Of a stretch of 62,046 nt of DNA, positions 37,753 to 46,844 are shown in pieces; position 1 is the first letter of the stretch; each line of letters begins with the position of its first letter. Below the pieces are notes generated by a model. The model was not told the origin of the DNA. It searched no databases and worked only from the letters and a program-made list of their open reading frames with translations. The position numbers were made by a program, and so were the translations under genes. The stretch covers positions 1 through 62,046 of the IMG/VR virus record IMGVR_UViG_3300009181_000079; one strand, 5' to 3'. The stretch is from a virus (taxonomy: Duplodnaviria; Caudoviricetes).

Positions 37753-39096
37753 ATGAACACACGCCTAATCCAACTGAACAACACCGCCTCCCGCTGCCTC
37801 GAATTTCGCAGCTACGATGAAGATGAATCACATCTCCTGCGAAACACAGCCATCGGCGCAGGAGGACTTGCGGCGGCCGGAGCAGGCGCGGCATACTACC
37901 GCGGAGGTCAAATCCCTCGCCCATCGGCAGTGATGTCCGGAGGTTCAACTTTCGGGAACAGGCTCAGCGACGTTGGAACACGAATGAGGGTTGGTGCGGC
38001 ACAACTCGGCGATGATGCTGCTGGCCTTGGTCGGCGCGCTGGGCAATATGCCAGCGGAGCCGGTGGAGCGATTGGCGGAATGGGCGCAGAATACAGAAGC
38101 CTGCGCTCCGCGCAAGGCGGGCTTGGTCATCCTGTCACCCGGGCCGGCGCTGGTCGCATGAGCTCGCTCTGGGGCGCAGTCAAGGGAGCAGCCAGCAAGA
38201 TCAAGGGCCTTCGGTTTGATGCAATGGGTAACGTCATTGAATTTCGCAGCTACGATGACGAGTCTCATCTCGGTCGCAACGCCGCCATCGGTGCTTTATT
38301 AGCTGGCGCTGGCGTGGGTGGTGTGTATGCAAGGGGGGCGCGCTACAATGCCGCGAACAACTGGGAGGGTCGCATGGAGGGGTCTAAATTTGGATTTGGA
38401 GAAAATATGCGCTCTGGTGTCACTGGGCTTCGCGATGACGCCACGCGCGCTGGGCGATATGCCAAGAACGTAGGCTCTGGAATTGCTGAAGGAGCCGGGC
38501 ATTATGGCGACCTTCGCGCAGGCGCGAAAGAGGGACTCGGCCTGGGTCGCGGCGCTTCAGCCAAGGGAGCGCTCAAGAGGCTGGTCCAAAACGTAAGGAA
38601 CATCCGCTATCAGTCCAGCTCTCCATTGATTGCCCTCAACGCAAAGCTGGATAGTGTCATTGAATTTGAAGATCGGCCCAAGGCTGGATATTGGAGCAAC
38701 AACATGGCGGCAACCAGGGCGATGCGGGCCAGCGATAAGGGGGTTGGTCTAGTCCTGGCAGACCCCGAACTGATTGGCAACAGAGTGACAAAATCACTCG
38801 GACACTCTTTGGCGGGCGCTGGCATTGGAGCCGGAGCCGGAGCTGGCATCGGAGCGCTGGTTGCGAAAAATATGCCAAGAGGCAGAGGCGCGGGCATTGG
38901 GGCGATTATTGGCGGGCTGACCGGCGCTGGTATCGGAGATGTTCATGGCATGTATTCCGCGGATAAAGCTTACCTTGCAAAGAAGGGCATCACAATGCGC
39001 GGAGGCGGCTTTTTGGCTCCCAAGCTTTCCAAAGAGGCGCAACAGAAATACTTGCACCAAGATTACGCCGGAGGCGGCTGGAAGCCCAGTAAATAA
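37753..39096 (+). CDS. modular head-associated polyprotein 2 (three Gly-zipper modules)
   Basis: LEF/IEF linkers; duplicated EFRSYD(E)DESHL.RN.AIGA unit. Confidence 0.7.
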   Translation: MNTRLIQLNNTASRCLEFRSYDEDESHLLRNTAIGAGGLAAAGAGAAYYRGGQIPRPSAVMSGGSTFGNRLSDVGTRMRVGAAQLGDDAAGLGRRAGQYASGAGGAIGGMGAEYRSLRSAQGGLGHPVTRAGAGRMSSLWGAVKGAASKIKGLRFDAMGNVIEFRSYDDESHLGRNAAIGALLAGAGVGGVYARGARYNAANNWEGRMEGSKFGFGENMRSGVTGLRDDATRAGRYAKNVGSGIAEGAGHYGDLRAGAKEGLGLGRGASAKGALKRLVQNVRNIRYQSSSPLIALNAKLDSVIEFEDRPKAGYWSNNMAATRAMRASDKGVGLVLADPELIGNRVTKSLGHSLAGAGIGAGAGAGIGALVAKNMPRGRGAGIGAIIGGLTGAGIGDVHGMYSADKAYLAKKGITMRGGGFLAPKLSKEAQQKYLHQDYAGGGWKPSK

Positions 39097-39113
39097 GGCA
39101 ATCCATAAAAGCC

Positions 39114-41039
39114 ATGTCAGCCAGGCGCGATCTTGAATTTATTATAAGCCTCTCTGACGAGGAGCCCGACAATCATCTTCTCCGAAACGCCGCCATGCTT
39201 TCCGGCATAGGCGCGATTGGAATAATCGGGCACAAAGGCGGAAGGCTGATGGATACTATCCGCAAGTCCTACAAGGCTGGCGCCAAAGAAATCGTAGGAC
39301 GCACTGGCCCAGCGGTGGAAGCGGTCAGGGCAGCGGCGGACAACATCCAGAACGCAACCGCATGGACATCGGACGTTGGTAGGCTTTGGGGCGCAGTGAA
39401 TGGCCCGCAGGCTGTGCAGAGGGCGGTCAGGGGCGCGAAGCACATCAAGGAGTTTCCAGCGATGGTGCGTGAGGGCATGAATGATCCGAACTCAGCAAGC
39501 TCGCTTGGTGGAAGAATTGGTAGGCGCCTCGGTAAAGCATGGAGATCGGCCGCCGAATCATTCAACTCTGCTCCGGCAGGAATGCCAGTTCACATGTCCG
39601 CCCGCGAGGAGCTTAATGAGATCCGGTTTGGGTATAGCTGGTCAGCCGATCCATTGAAGGTAGAGGCGCAGGGTGGATGGGATGTCGCCAAAGCGAGAAT
39701 CGAAACCGACGAAGGCGGCTTCATGGATGAGAATATCGCCCGGAATAAAAAGCGAGGAGTCTTGAACGCAATCAAGCGACTCAACGGGCGTCCGAGATTG
39801 AATCCATTCCTATACCACGACAAGGCAGGACATTCAGCGGCCTTCAAAAAGGCGAACCCTCACTGGGAGACCAATAGCACCGGCATGTTCTCCGCCCGCG
39901 ATCAACTGGATGAGATCCGGTTTGGGATTATGGGCGATCTCTGGAAAGGGATTCCCGGCAAGACATGGGCTGGAAGCATCGGTCGTGCCGCTGGCGCTGG
40001 GGCTCTACAAGGAGGAGCTGTCGGAGCTGGAATTGGCGCAATAGGCGGCGGCATTAGCGGAGCGATGAGCGATGATCCAAACAAGGGATTCATCAGCGGG
40101 GCCGCAGGTGGAGCACTCAAGGGTGGCGCAATCGGAGCCGGGCTTGGCGCAGCGGGATACGCTGGGATTCACGCAGCAGCCCCAGCAATTAGCCGATGGG
40201 GCGGGAAGCACCTTCCGAGCAGCATTGGCCCAGAAGGGGCGAAACTTGGGAGGGACCTCAACTCACTCAACCACCAGATCAGGGCCAGGGGATACAAGGG
40301 AAGACTAGGGGACGCAGGGAAGTATAACACACCTACATTATTAGCCAGGCACTCACTTGACTCCATTATTCAGATGTCCATGGAAGAGCCCACAGAACGC
40401 ACCAAGCGCGCGTCGAAGGGGAACTGGGCGGCAAAGATCGACCCAAAGGTAGTGCGCGGGGCCATTAGCGACAAGGAATCGAGGAGGCTTGCGCGCGAGG
40501 CTATTGAGAAAATCGCAAAGATCGGGAAGACGGCGCTCTCCGCCCGCGATCAGCTCAACACCATCCTCTTCAAAAGCATCGCCCGAGACGATCTTCAGAT
40601 GCCGGATGCGTGGATATGGAATCAGGAGGGCGGTAAATTCGGACCCGCAAACCATGGGCAAGTGCGCGCCGCCATGGCGGACCCGGATAACTACGCAGGC
40701 CCGCAGATCATCCGCAAAGTGAGCTACGGCGGACCAAGGATGCGAGTCAATCTGAAGAATGGAAAGAAAACCGTGCGTGACAGGTCCGGGGCAGAGAGAG
40801 AGCTGAGCGCCCGAGATCAACTAAATCTCATCACCTTCGGCGTTGACGCCAACGGCAAGCTCCACAACTCCAAGGGAGAGTTCGGAGGGGATAACGACGC
40901 TGTAGCGCATCCCGAAGCTATGAGAATGACATACCAGCGCGCAGCGGGCCTCGGGGCCACTGCCGGGGCTGCTGGAGTGGCTGGCGGCATGGGAATGAAA
41001 GCTCTCATCGAAAAACTCAAGGGACTGAAGCGCAAATGA
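39114..41039 (+). CDS. modular head-associated polyprotein 3
   Basis: SAREELNEIRFG, SARDQLDEIRFG, SARDQLNTILFK and SARDQLNLITFG linkers. Confidence 0.7.
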   Translation: MSARRDLEFIISLSDEEPDNHLLRNAAMLSGIGAIGIIGHKGGRLMDTIRKSYKAGAKEIVGRTGPAVEAVRAAADNIQNATAWTSDVGRLWGAVNGPQAVQRAVRGAKHIKEFPAMVREGMNDPNSASSLGGRIGRRLGKAWRSAAESFNSAPAGMPVHMSAREELNEIRFGYSWSADPLKVEAQGGWDVAKARIETDEGGFMDENIARNKKRGVLNAIKRLNGRPRLNPFLYHDKAGHSAAFKKANPHWETNSTGMFSARDQLDEIRFGIMGDLWKGIPGKTWAGSIGRAAGAGALQGGAVGAGIGAIGGGISGAMSDDPNKGFISGAAGGALKGGAIGAGLGAAGYAGIHAAAPAISRWGGKHLPSSIGPEGAKLGRDLNSLNHQIRARGYKGRLGDAGKYNTPTLLARHSLDSIIQMSMEEPTERTKRASKGNWAAKIDPKVVRGAISDKESRRLAREAIEKIAKIGKTALSARDQLNTILFKSIARDDLQMPDAWIWNQEGGKFGPANHGQVRAAMADPDNYAGPQIIRKVSYGGPRMRVNLKNGKKTVRDRSGAERELSARDQLNLITFGVDANGKLHNSKGEFGGDNDAVAHPEAMRMTYQRAAGLGATAGAAGVAGGMGMKALIEKLKGLKRK

Positions 41040-41329
41040 ACCGCCTCGTCCTGCTCAACCAGAAGCTCGACAGGCTGATTGAGTTCTCTCCGTCATGGAC
41101 GCGCAAGGCCGGCAAGTCAGACTCCGGAGGGCTGAATGAAAAGGGCCGCAAATCTTACGAACGAGCGAATCCAGGATCAAACCTCAAAGCACCGCAGCCC
41201 GAGGGAGGCTCACGCAGGGACTCCTTCTGCGCTCGGATGCGAGGGATGAAGAAGAAGCTCACCAGCGCGAAAACAGCAAACGACCCGGACAGCAGGATCA
41301 ATAAAAGCCTGCGCGCCTGGAAGTGCTGA
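41036..41329 (+). CDS. DUF6321-like basic phage protein with LIEF leader
   Basis: WTRKAGK..SGGLNEKGRKSYERANPGSNLKAP...RRDSFCARMRGMKKKLTSAKTANDPDSRINKSLRAWKC. Confidence 0.75.
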   Translation: MNRLVLLNQKLDRLIEFSPSWTRKAGKSDSGGLNEKGRKSYERANPGSNLKAPQPEGGSRRDSFCARMRGMKKKLTSAKTANDPDSRINKSLRAWKC

Positions 41330-41365
41330 GCGCGAACACCTTCGATTGACATAGGAGACTTCGGC

Positions 41366-42703
41366 ATGAGCCAAGTCATCCGATTCCACAACGCAAAAGC
41401 CTTCACCGGACTCACTGGACAAGTGAGATTTGATGAGGCGAAGATCCTCGGCGTGTCCCTTATCACTTCCAATCTGGAAGCGGAGGGACACAACCTGTTT
41501 GTGGACAACACCACCCTGACGCAGCTTCATGCGCTCGGCAAAGAGATGGGTCAGATACCCGTCACACAGAACCACGAAGGAGGGATCGAGGAGGTCAATG
41601 GCTGGATTGAAAACATTCGTTTCGATGGGGACAAACTCCGTGGTGATTGGTGCCTCCTACAGACCCACAAAGACACGCCTACGATGCTGGAGCGCGCGGA
41701 GAAACAACCCACCACATTCGGACTGTCTCTCGCCTTCAAAGGAGACCCGAAAGGAGTGCTACACATGGGCAAGCGTTGCGCTCGTGCAGAGAAGCTTTTG
41801 AGCGCAGACGTGGTGAAGCGTCCAGCAGCCAACCCTGGCGGTTTGTTCAGCGCAAAAGACACACCTTCCGTTGACAACAAGAAAATAGTCGAACTTAACA
41901 ATATGCCACAAGATCCCAACACCAATCAAGAGCCCACGATGGCTGATGTCCTCGCGCAAATCCAATCGCTCACACAGCATGTGCAGCAGTTGGGCGAAGT
42001 CCAGTCGCAAATCGTCGGACACATCAACGAGAGCACCGAGAACCAAGGCGATGAAGGTCTCACCGCTGAGCAGCTCGAACAACTCCACAACTCCAGCGAT
42101 GAGCAGCTTGCCGAACTCGGCCTGACTCGCGATGAAGTGGACGCAGCGGTTTCCGAATACAACGCCAGCGTCGAATCGCAGGGCGCAGAAGGCGAGCAAG
42201 GCGCAGAAAACGCTGAGCAGGGCCAAGGCGAAATGGCAACGGCAGGCGCAGGTATGGAAACCGGCGCACCCGGCGGGGCTACGATGATGCACGCAATGCA
42301 CCGCGAGCTCATCCAGCTCAAGGCTGAGATCAACCGCGAGAAGAACTCCAAGAAGATGGCAGCCGAGACTATCCAATTCCAGGAGGTCGAAAACAAGATT
42401 ACGCTACTCGCCGCACAGCGCGACCAGGCCATCCAGCTCGCTGAGATGGTTGTGTCCGAAAACGAAGCCCTCAATCTTCACATCAAAACCGGCACGCGCC
42501 CAGTGGCAGTCGGAGTTGATGAAGGTGTCCGCCTCTTCAGCGCCAACGGCTATGGTGAACTCCATCCGTTCCAACATCGCATCAAACAAATCATGCTGGA
42601 ATCCAAAGTGACGGAAGGCAAAGCCCTCCTGCTGGCCAGCAGAGAGAACTCCGCTCAACACGCCGACTGGCTCCAGTCCCAGGGCCGCACAATCAACGCC
42701 TAA
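41366..42703 (+). CDS. prohead protease / scaffold fusion
   Basis: GVSLIT...EGH...VD, NH, FGLS, SADVV..PAANPGGLF protease domain followed by an acidic coiled-coil scaffold; possible internal start at 41903. Confidence 0.8.
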   Translation: MSQVIRFHNAKAFTGLTGQVRFDEAKILGVSLITSNLEAEGHNLFVDNTTLTQLHALGKEMGQIPVTQNHEGGIEEVNGWIENIRFDGDKLRGDWCLLQTHKDTPTMLERAEKQPTTFGLSLAFKGDPKGVLHMGKRCARAEKLLSADVVKRPAANPGGLFSAKDTPSVDNKKIVELNNMPQDPNTNQEPTMADVLAQIQSLTQHVQQLGEVQSQIVGHINESTENQGDEGLTAEQLEQLHNSSDEQLAELGLTRDEVDAAVSEYNASVESQGAEGEQGAENAEQGQGEMATAGAGMETGAPGGATMMHAMHRELIQLKAEINREKNSKKMAAETIQFQEVENKITLLAAQRDQAIQLAEMVVSENEALNLHIKTGTRPVAVGVDEGVRLFSANGYGELHPFQHRIKQIMLESKVTEGKALLLASRENSAQHADWLQSQGRTINA

Positions 42704-42722
42704 CACTCTACACTAACAACAC

Positions 42723-43454
42723 ATGAACATCTCACCTGTTATCTCACTGCCAGTCAGCGCGGATCTCTCTTCCGGCAAAGAGTATGAATGCGTGAAGCTC
42801 ACCTCGACAGGGGTGGCTATCGCAACCAGCATCACGGATCGCATCATCGGCACATTGCTTCGCGGCAATGACGCCCCTGCTAACGGTCAATCCGCTGTCG
42901 GAATGGCCTGCGACGTGTTCCTCACCGCCGGCAACGGTCTGCACTTCGTCAAGGTCGGCAACGACACTGCGATTACGGCTGGTGACGAGCTGGAGCAAGA
43001 CGCCACTGATGGCCGCGTTGTGAAGCGCGTAGCTGGCGCAGCAGTCGGTCAGGCTGTTGATTCATGCCCCGCATCCAGTGATGGTGGAGTCATCCGGGCA
43101 ATCATGTTCCCTCCTCCACAGCAGGGCGTCCTCGGCACCGCCGGGGCTGTCACGCAGCTTACCAACGCCTCCACGGGCGTAACGGTCAACGCTCTCAGCG
43201 GAGCAATCACCACGGTCGCTCTCACGGCAGCAGCCGCAGGGGAAATCCGCTTCACGGTCACGAACAGCTTTATGGCAATCGGCGACACAGTGAGCTTCTC
43301 CACCACCTACAACGGCGGAGGCACTCCAATCATCGGATCGGCACTCAACGTGACCGCAGGAACCTTCGATGTCGTAGTCACCAACTTGCACGCCAGCGCG
43401 GCTCTTGATGCCCTCATGGTCATCAACTTCGTGATCAACAAGGCAGCCGTCTAA
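42723..43454 (+). CDS. head decoration / capsid cement protein with C-terminal extension
   Basis: ADLS...Y..VKL, AITAGDEL..DATDGR; lies between protease and capsid genes. Confidence 0.7.
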   Translation: MNISPVISLPVSADLSSGKEYECVKLTSTGVAIATSITDRIIGTLLRGNDAPANGQSAVGMACDVFLTAGNGLHFVKVGNDTAITAGDELEQDATDGRVVKRVAGAAVGQAVDSCPASSDGGVIRAIMFPPPQQGVLGTAGAVTQLTNASTGVTVNALSGAITTVALTAAAAGEIRFTVTNSFMAIGDTVSFSTTYNGGGTPIIGSALNVTAGTFDVVVTNLHASAALDALMVINFVINKAAV

Positions 43455-43482
43455 CCAATCACCACCACAATAAAACACTAAT

Positions 43483-44505
43483 ATGTTCAACACCGTTGAC
43501 TCAGTTCCAAGGACAGACATCAGCACTGCGCTGATGGAGGCTGTCGGCCAAAAGAAGCAGTTTGTCGCGCAAGCCCTCTTGCCGATTTACGACTCGCCAA
43601 CGGAAGTTGGTCGGTATCCACGCTTCCGCAAACAGGCTTCCGAGCTGCTCCGCGCAGGTCGTAGCCCTAGCGACACCACTACATTCAACAGCTCTACCAA
43701 GCGTGGTTCCACTGGCACCTACAATGAACTGACCCGCAAGTTCGAGTGGGATAGCTACCAGACCGAGGAATACGGTTTGGAAGAGCGCATCGACGACAAA
43801 GTTCGCACCCGTATGCGGAACTTCTTTGATGCGGACATGATCACAGCAGACCTGCTCATGAACTCCCTGATGCTCGACTACGAGATGGAAGTCTCGGCAA
43901 AGTTGAACACCACGGTTGGCACCGACGCCGCCGAGGGCTTCGTGCAGACCGCTGCAGGCGTGAACTACACGGAAACGCTCATTGCAACAGCGGATGTGCC
44001 GAAAGACATGAACGCAGTTATCGAGCGCCTCACATTACTCGGCACGGATCCTTCCGAGCTGACGGCAGTGATGTCTCTCACGGTTTGGAACTACCTCCGC
44101 CGCACCACGAAGCTCCAGACCTACGTGTATGGCTTCCTGAACGTGACGCAGGGTGGCTCGCAAATCACCGAGCAGATGTTTGCTCAAGCTTTCGGAATCG
44201 CCGGCCTCCTGGTCGCTCGCAAGTCCGTGGACACCGCCATGAAAGGCAAGGCCGCAAGCCTCGTGCCTGTCTGGGGCAACACCAACATCTTTGTCGGCAA
44301 ACTCGGCGAGGGAGACTTTATGAACGGCGGCGTGGGTCGCACAATCACCTGGGGCGCAGACAGCCCCGGAGGCTTGTTCACCTCTGAGCAGTATCGCGAC
44401 GAGAAGCGCCGCGGTGATATGCTCCGTGTGCGCAGCAACCGGTCGTTGAAAATCATTGACCCTACTTGCGGCCAGCTCATCGCTACGAACTACAGCGCAA
44501 GCTAA
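43483..44505 (+). CDS. major capsid protein (HK97 fold, gpE-like)
   Basis: 340 aa, position, Y.TEEYGLEERIDD, GRTITW, YRDEKRRGDMLRVR. Confidence 0.85.
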   Translation: MFNTVDSVPRTDISTALMEAVGQKKQFVAQALLPIYDSPTEVGRYPRFRKQASELLRAGRSPSDTTTFNSSTKRGSTGTYNELTRKFEWDSYQTEEYGLEERIDDKVRTRMRNFFDADMITADLLMNSLMLDYEMEVSAKLNTTVGTDAAEGFVQTAAGVNYTETLIATADVPKDMNAVIERLTLLGTDPSELTAVMSLTVWNYLRRTTKLQTYVYGFLNVTQGGSQITEQMFAQAFGIAGLLVARKSVDTAMKGKAASLVPVWGNTNIFVGKLGEGDFMNGGVGRTITWGADSPGGLFTSEQYRDEKRRGDMLRVRSNRSLKIIDPTCGQLIATNYSAS

Positions 44506-44525
44506 GAACTTGGGGGGAGAATAGA

Positions 44526-44565
44526 AATCGGCCTCACTGGGAAACTGGTGGGGCCGATTCTCTTT
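44526..44565 (+). terminator. intrinsic terminator after the capsid gene
   Basis: AATCGGCCTCACTGG-GAAA-CTGGTGGGGCCGATT followed by CTCTTT. Confidence 0.7.
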
Positions 44566-44589
44566 CCGGTTGACTCTCTCACCTTCGGT

Positions 44590-44925
44590 ATGTCCACATT
44601 CACAGACGGCATGGATGACGCCAACATCGCCTTCGGGGTGGATGCGGGCGAGGAGTTCACAGTGGTCAGGGGCGGCAATCCTGGGACCTACACGGCTATC
44701 AGCATCGACAGTCTCACAGCGGGATCCATCGTGGCGCCTGGCGGATTTAAGGGCGAGACCAAGACGATAATTTTTCTGCGAGACACCGTGCTGGCCGCCA
44801 GCGGGCTCGACACGGGCTCCGTGGTGATCGTCCGGGGTGAGAGAGGCAGAATCTCCGACATCGCCAAGGACGGGGACAATACGCTCGTGCTGAGCGTTGA
44901 ATCAGCGGGGGCTAAGTTATCATGA
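44590..44925 (+). CDS. head-tail adaptor/stopper (gpFII-like)
   Basis: size, beta-rich sequence and position; start moved to ATG 44590. Confidence 0.6.
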   Translation: MSTFTDGMDDANIAFGVDAGEEFTVVRGGNPGTYTAISIDSLTAGSIVAPGGFKGETKTIIFLRDTVLAASGLDTGSVVIVRGERGRISDIAKDGDNTLVLSVESAGAKLS

Positions 44926-45335
44926 GCGCAGACATAAAACATCAGTGTGAGCTTTTCCTGTGCGAGAAGCTGGCTTTAGCAGTGGCGGATCACACGTTCT
45001 ATCCGTATCACGGCGGGACAGCAGCCTTGGACGCAGAGGAGATCGAGCCTCCGTTCACCGTGGTCATGCTGGACGGCGCAGAGAAAACCCATCCGAACGA
45101 GGGAACCTGGATTTGCAATGGAACCATACAAACAATTACCCACTCCAAAGAAACCAGTGTTCAGGCCCACACCGACCTATCCCGTTCGGTTTATGCGGCG
45201 CTGGATCTATCTCCGCAAGCGACCGAGACATTCGTTCTTCATGGGATCGACATCACCAAAGTTAGCACCGCCGAGGACGACCAACTCCATTGCAGGGCCA
45301 CGGTAATTGCCTTCACCGCCGGGGTGAGCGGGTAG
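44922..45335 (+). CDS. tail terminator/completion protein
   Basis: acidic 137 aa protein directly before the tail tube gene. Confidence 0.55.
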   Translation: MSADIKHQCELFLCEKLALAVADHTFYPYHGGTAALDAEEIEPPFTVVMLDGAEKTHPNEGTWICNGTIQTITHSKETSVQAHTDLSRSVYAALDLSPQATETFVLHGIDITKVSTAEDDQLHCRATVIAFTAGVSG

Positions 45336-45365
45336 CGGAATGTTGACACTCCGGAAAAAGATACT

Positions 45366-45749
45366 ATGGCAAACAATGAATTTCACGGGCAAAGTTACGT
45401 CTTCGGATTCGAGTCCACAGACGCACCGACAATCACCAATTTCTCGGCTCGCACTGCTGAGCTGACCTACGAGCCTGAAATCTTTGTCCAGGCCACCGAT
45501 GGCGAGGGGCTCACGGAGGCAGTCGCCCTGACCAAAGCCACCCACCGCAAGATCACTGGAACCTTCACTGGCTACATCGCGGCCGGCTTCTCTGGCAACT
45601 CGATCGCGAACACTTTCAACTTCACGGTGAACAACGTTTCTCGCTACTTCATCGTCAAATCCATTTCCGACCCTCGCAAGAAGGGCGAATACGCAGAGGT
45701 ATCTCTCTCTGTTGAGAGCTACGCCCTCGTCACTGGAGCCGCAGCTTAA
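45366..45749 (+). CDS. tail tube protein
   Basis: Thr/Ser-rich beta protein upstream of the tape measure gene. Confidence 0.6.
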   Translation: MANNEFHGQSYVFGFESTDAPTITNFSARTAELTYEPEIFVQATDGEGLTEAVALTKATHRKITGTFTGYIAAGFSGNSIANTFNFTVNNVSRYFIVKSISDPRKKGEYAEVSLSVESYALVTGAAA

Positions 45750-45784
45750 CTTTAACCAAAGCAACCACATAACCAACTAATACC

Positions 45785-46171
45785 ATGGCCAACGAAATTA
45801 AAGTAGCAATGAGTCTCTCGATTACCAAGTCGAACAACACCGCCAGCGGGTCAATCAGCACCTCGCAAACTTTGGCTGGAAACAACTTCGGACAGAATGT
45901 GGCTACGGCCCCTCTTTCCGGCGGCACCGCTGAGCTTCTTCCTGTGGGAGAGCTGACTACCTATGGTGGCTGGTTCTACATCAAAAATGTTGAACCCACA
46001 AACACCACGGTCAACTTGAATGTCTATCAGAACGGGGTTACTGGCACTGTCTTGATTGGAACGCTCGCAAATGGCGAGGCATTCTTATTCAAGCCTGCTG
46101 CGGCCCCTGGAATCAGAGGCGATCACGCTACGTTGACCGCAGACTACGCAGTGGTGTATTGCGAGCCGTAG
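45785..46171 (+). CDS. virion structural protein (beta-sandwich-like)
   Basis: GWFYIKNVE.TN...L.NGEA pattern. Confidence 0.5.
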   Translation: MANEIKVAMSLSITKSNNTASGSISTSQTLAGNNFGQNVATAPLSGGTAELLPVGELTTYGGWFYIKNVEPTNTTVNLNVYQNGVTGTVLIGTLANGEAFLFKPAAAPGIRGDHATLTADYAVVYCEP

Positions 46172-46181
46172 GCCATCGGCC

Positions 46182-46838
46182 ATGGCGGTCGATCCTAAAT
46201 TCCTTGCTGCCTGGATCGACGGGCAGCCTGATTCGGAATGGTCGGGCACGAGTATCTTCGGGCACAAGCTCCGTAAGTTCTCGCTCTGGCATAGAACCCT
46301 ACTCAAGGCTGTTGACTCGCCATTCATGCGCAAGGGGAGTGTCGCACTGTTCGACCTCCGTAATGCAGTAGGCATCTGCAAGCTCAAGTATCCGGACTCC
46401 CGGATTGTCAGACCAAAGCTCGGGCCGTTCTTAATGACCCTCGGGTTAATCACCAGGGGCTTGCTGTCGCGTCGGAAGCCTCAAGCCGACACGAAGGAGC
46501 CGAACATACTTCAGAAAGCGCTGGCGAGGCGTATAACCGCTTTCCTGGAATACTGCGGGGACTACCTGCAAGAACCGGAATACACGATCATCCCGCCTGA
46601 CATCAAGGGCGGCACCAAAAACACTCCCAGAGGGCAAGCCCCCGATGAGCTTCAGCACGCATCAGAGTTGATAGCCTGGTCAGGGTGGAGTGAGGATGTC
46701 GTCTGGAATCTCCCTCTTGGTAAAGCGAGCTGGTATCGAGCAATGGCCCGGAAAGCAACGGGTCTTGATGTAGATTTCACCACGCCTGAAGAGAAAGCAT
46801 TCCAGGCACAACTTCCGGAGTCATTCAAACATAGGTAA
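46182..46838 (+). CDS. tail assembly chaperone-like protein
   Basis: GHKLRKFSLWH...SPF and GWSEDVVWNLPLG; directly before the tape measure gene. Confidence 0.5.
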   Translation: MAVDPKFLAAWIDGQPDSEWSGTSIFGHKLRKFSLWHRTLLKAVDSPFMRKGSVALFDLRNAVGICKLKYPDSRIVRPKLGPFLMTLGLITRGLLSRRKPQADTKEPNILQKALARRITAFLEYCGDYLQEPEYTIIPPDIKGGTKNTPRGQAPDELQHASELIAWSGWSEDVVWNLPLGKASWYRAMARKATGLDVDFTTPEEKAFQAQLPESFKHR

Positions 46839-46844
46839 TATCGA

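Noticed and set aside
37801-40830. CRISPR array or DGR template/variable repeats
   Set aside because: The repeats are few, in frame, irregularly spaced and protein-coding; no cas or reverse transcriptase gene and no adenine-specific mismatches.
45785-46838. Programmed -1 frameshift in the tail assembly chaperone
   Set aside because: No convincing slippery heptamer with an overlapping downstream frame was seen.
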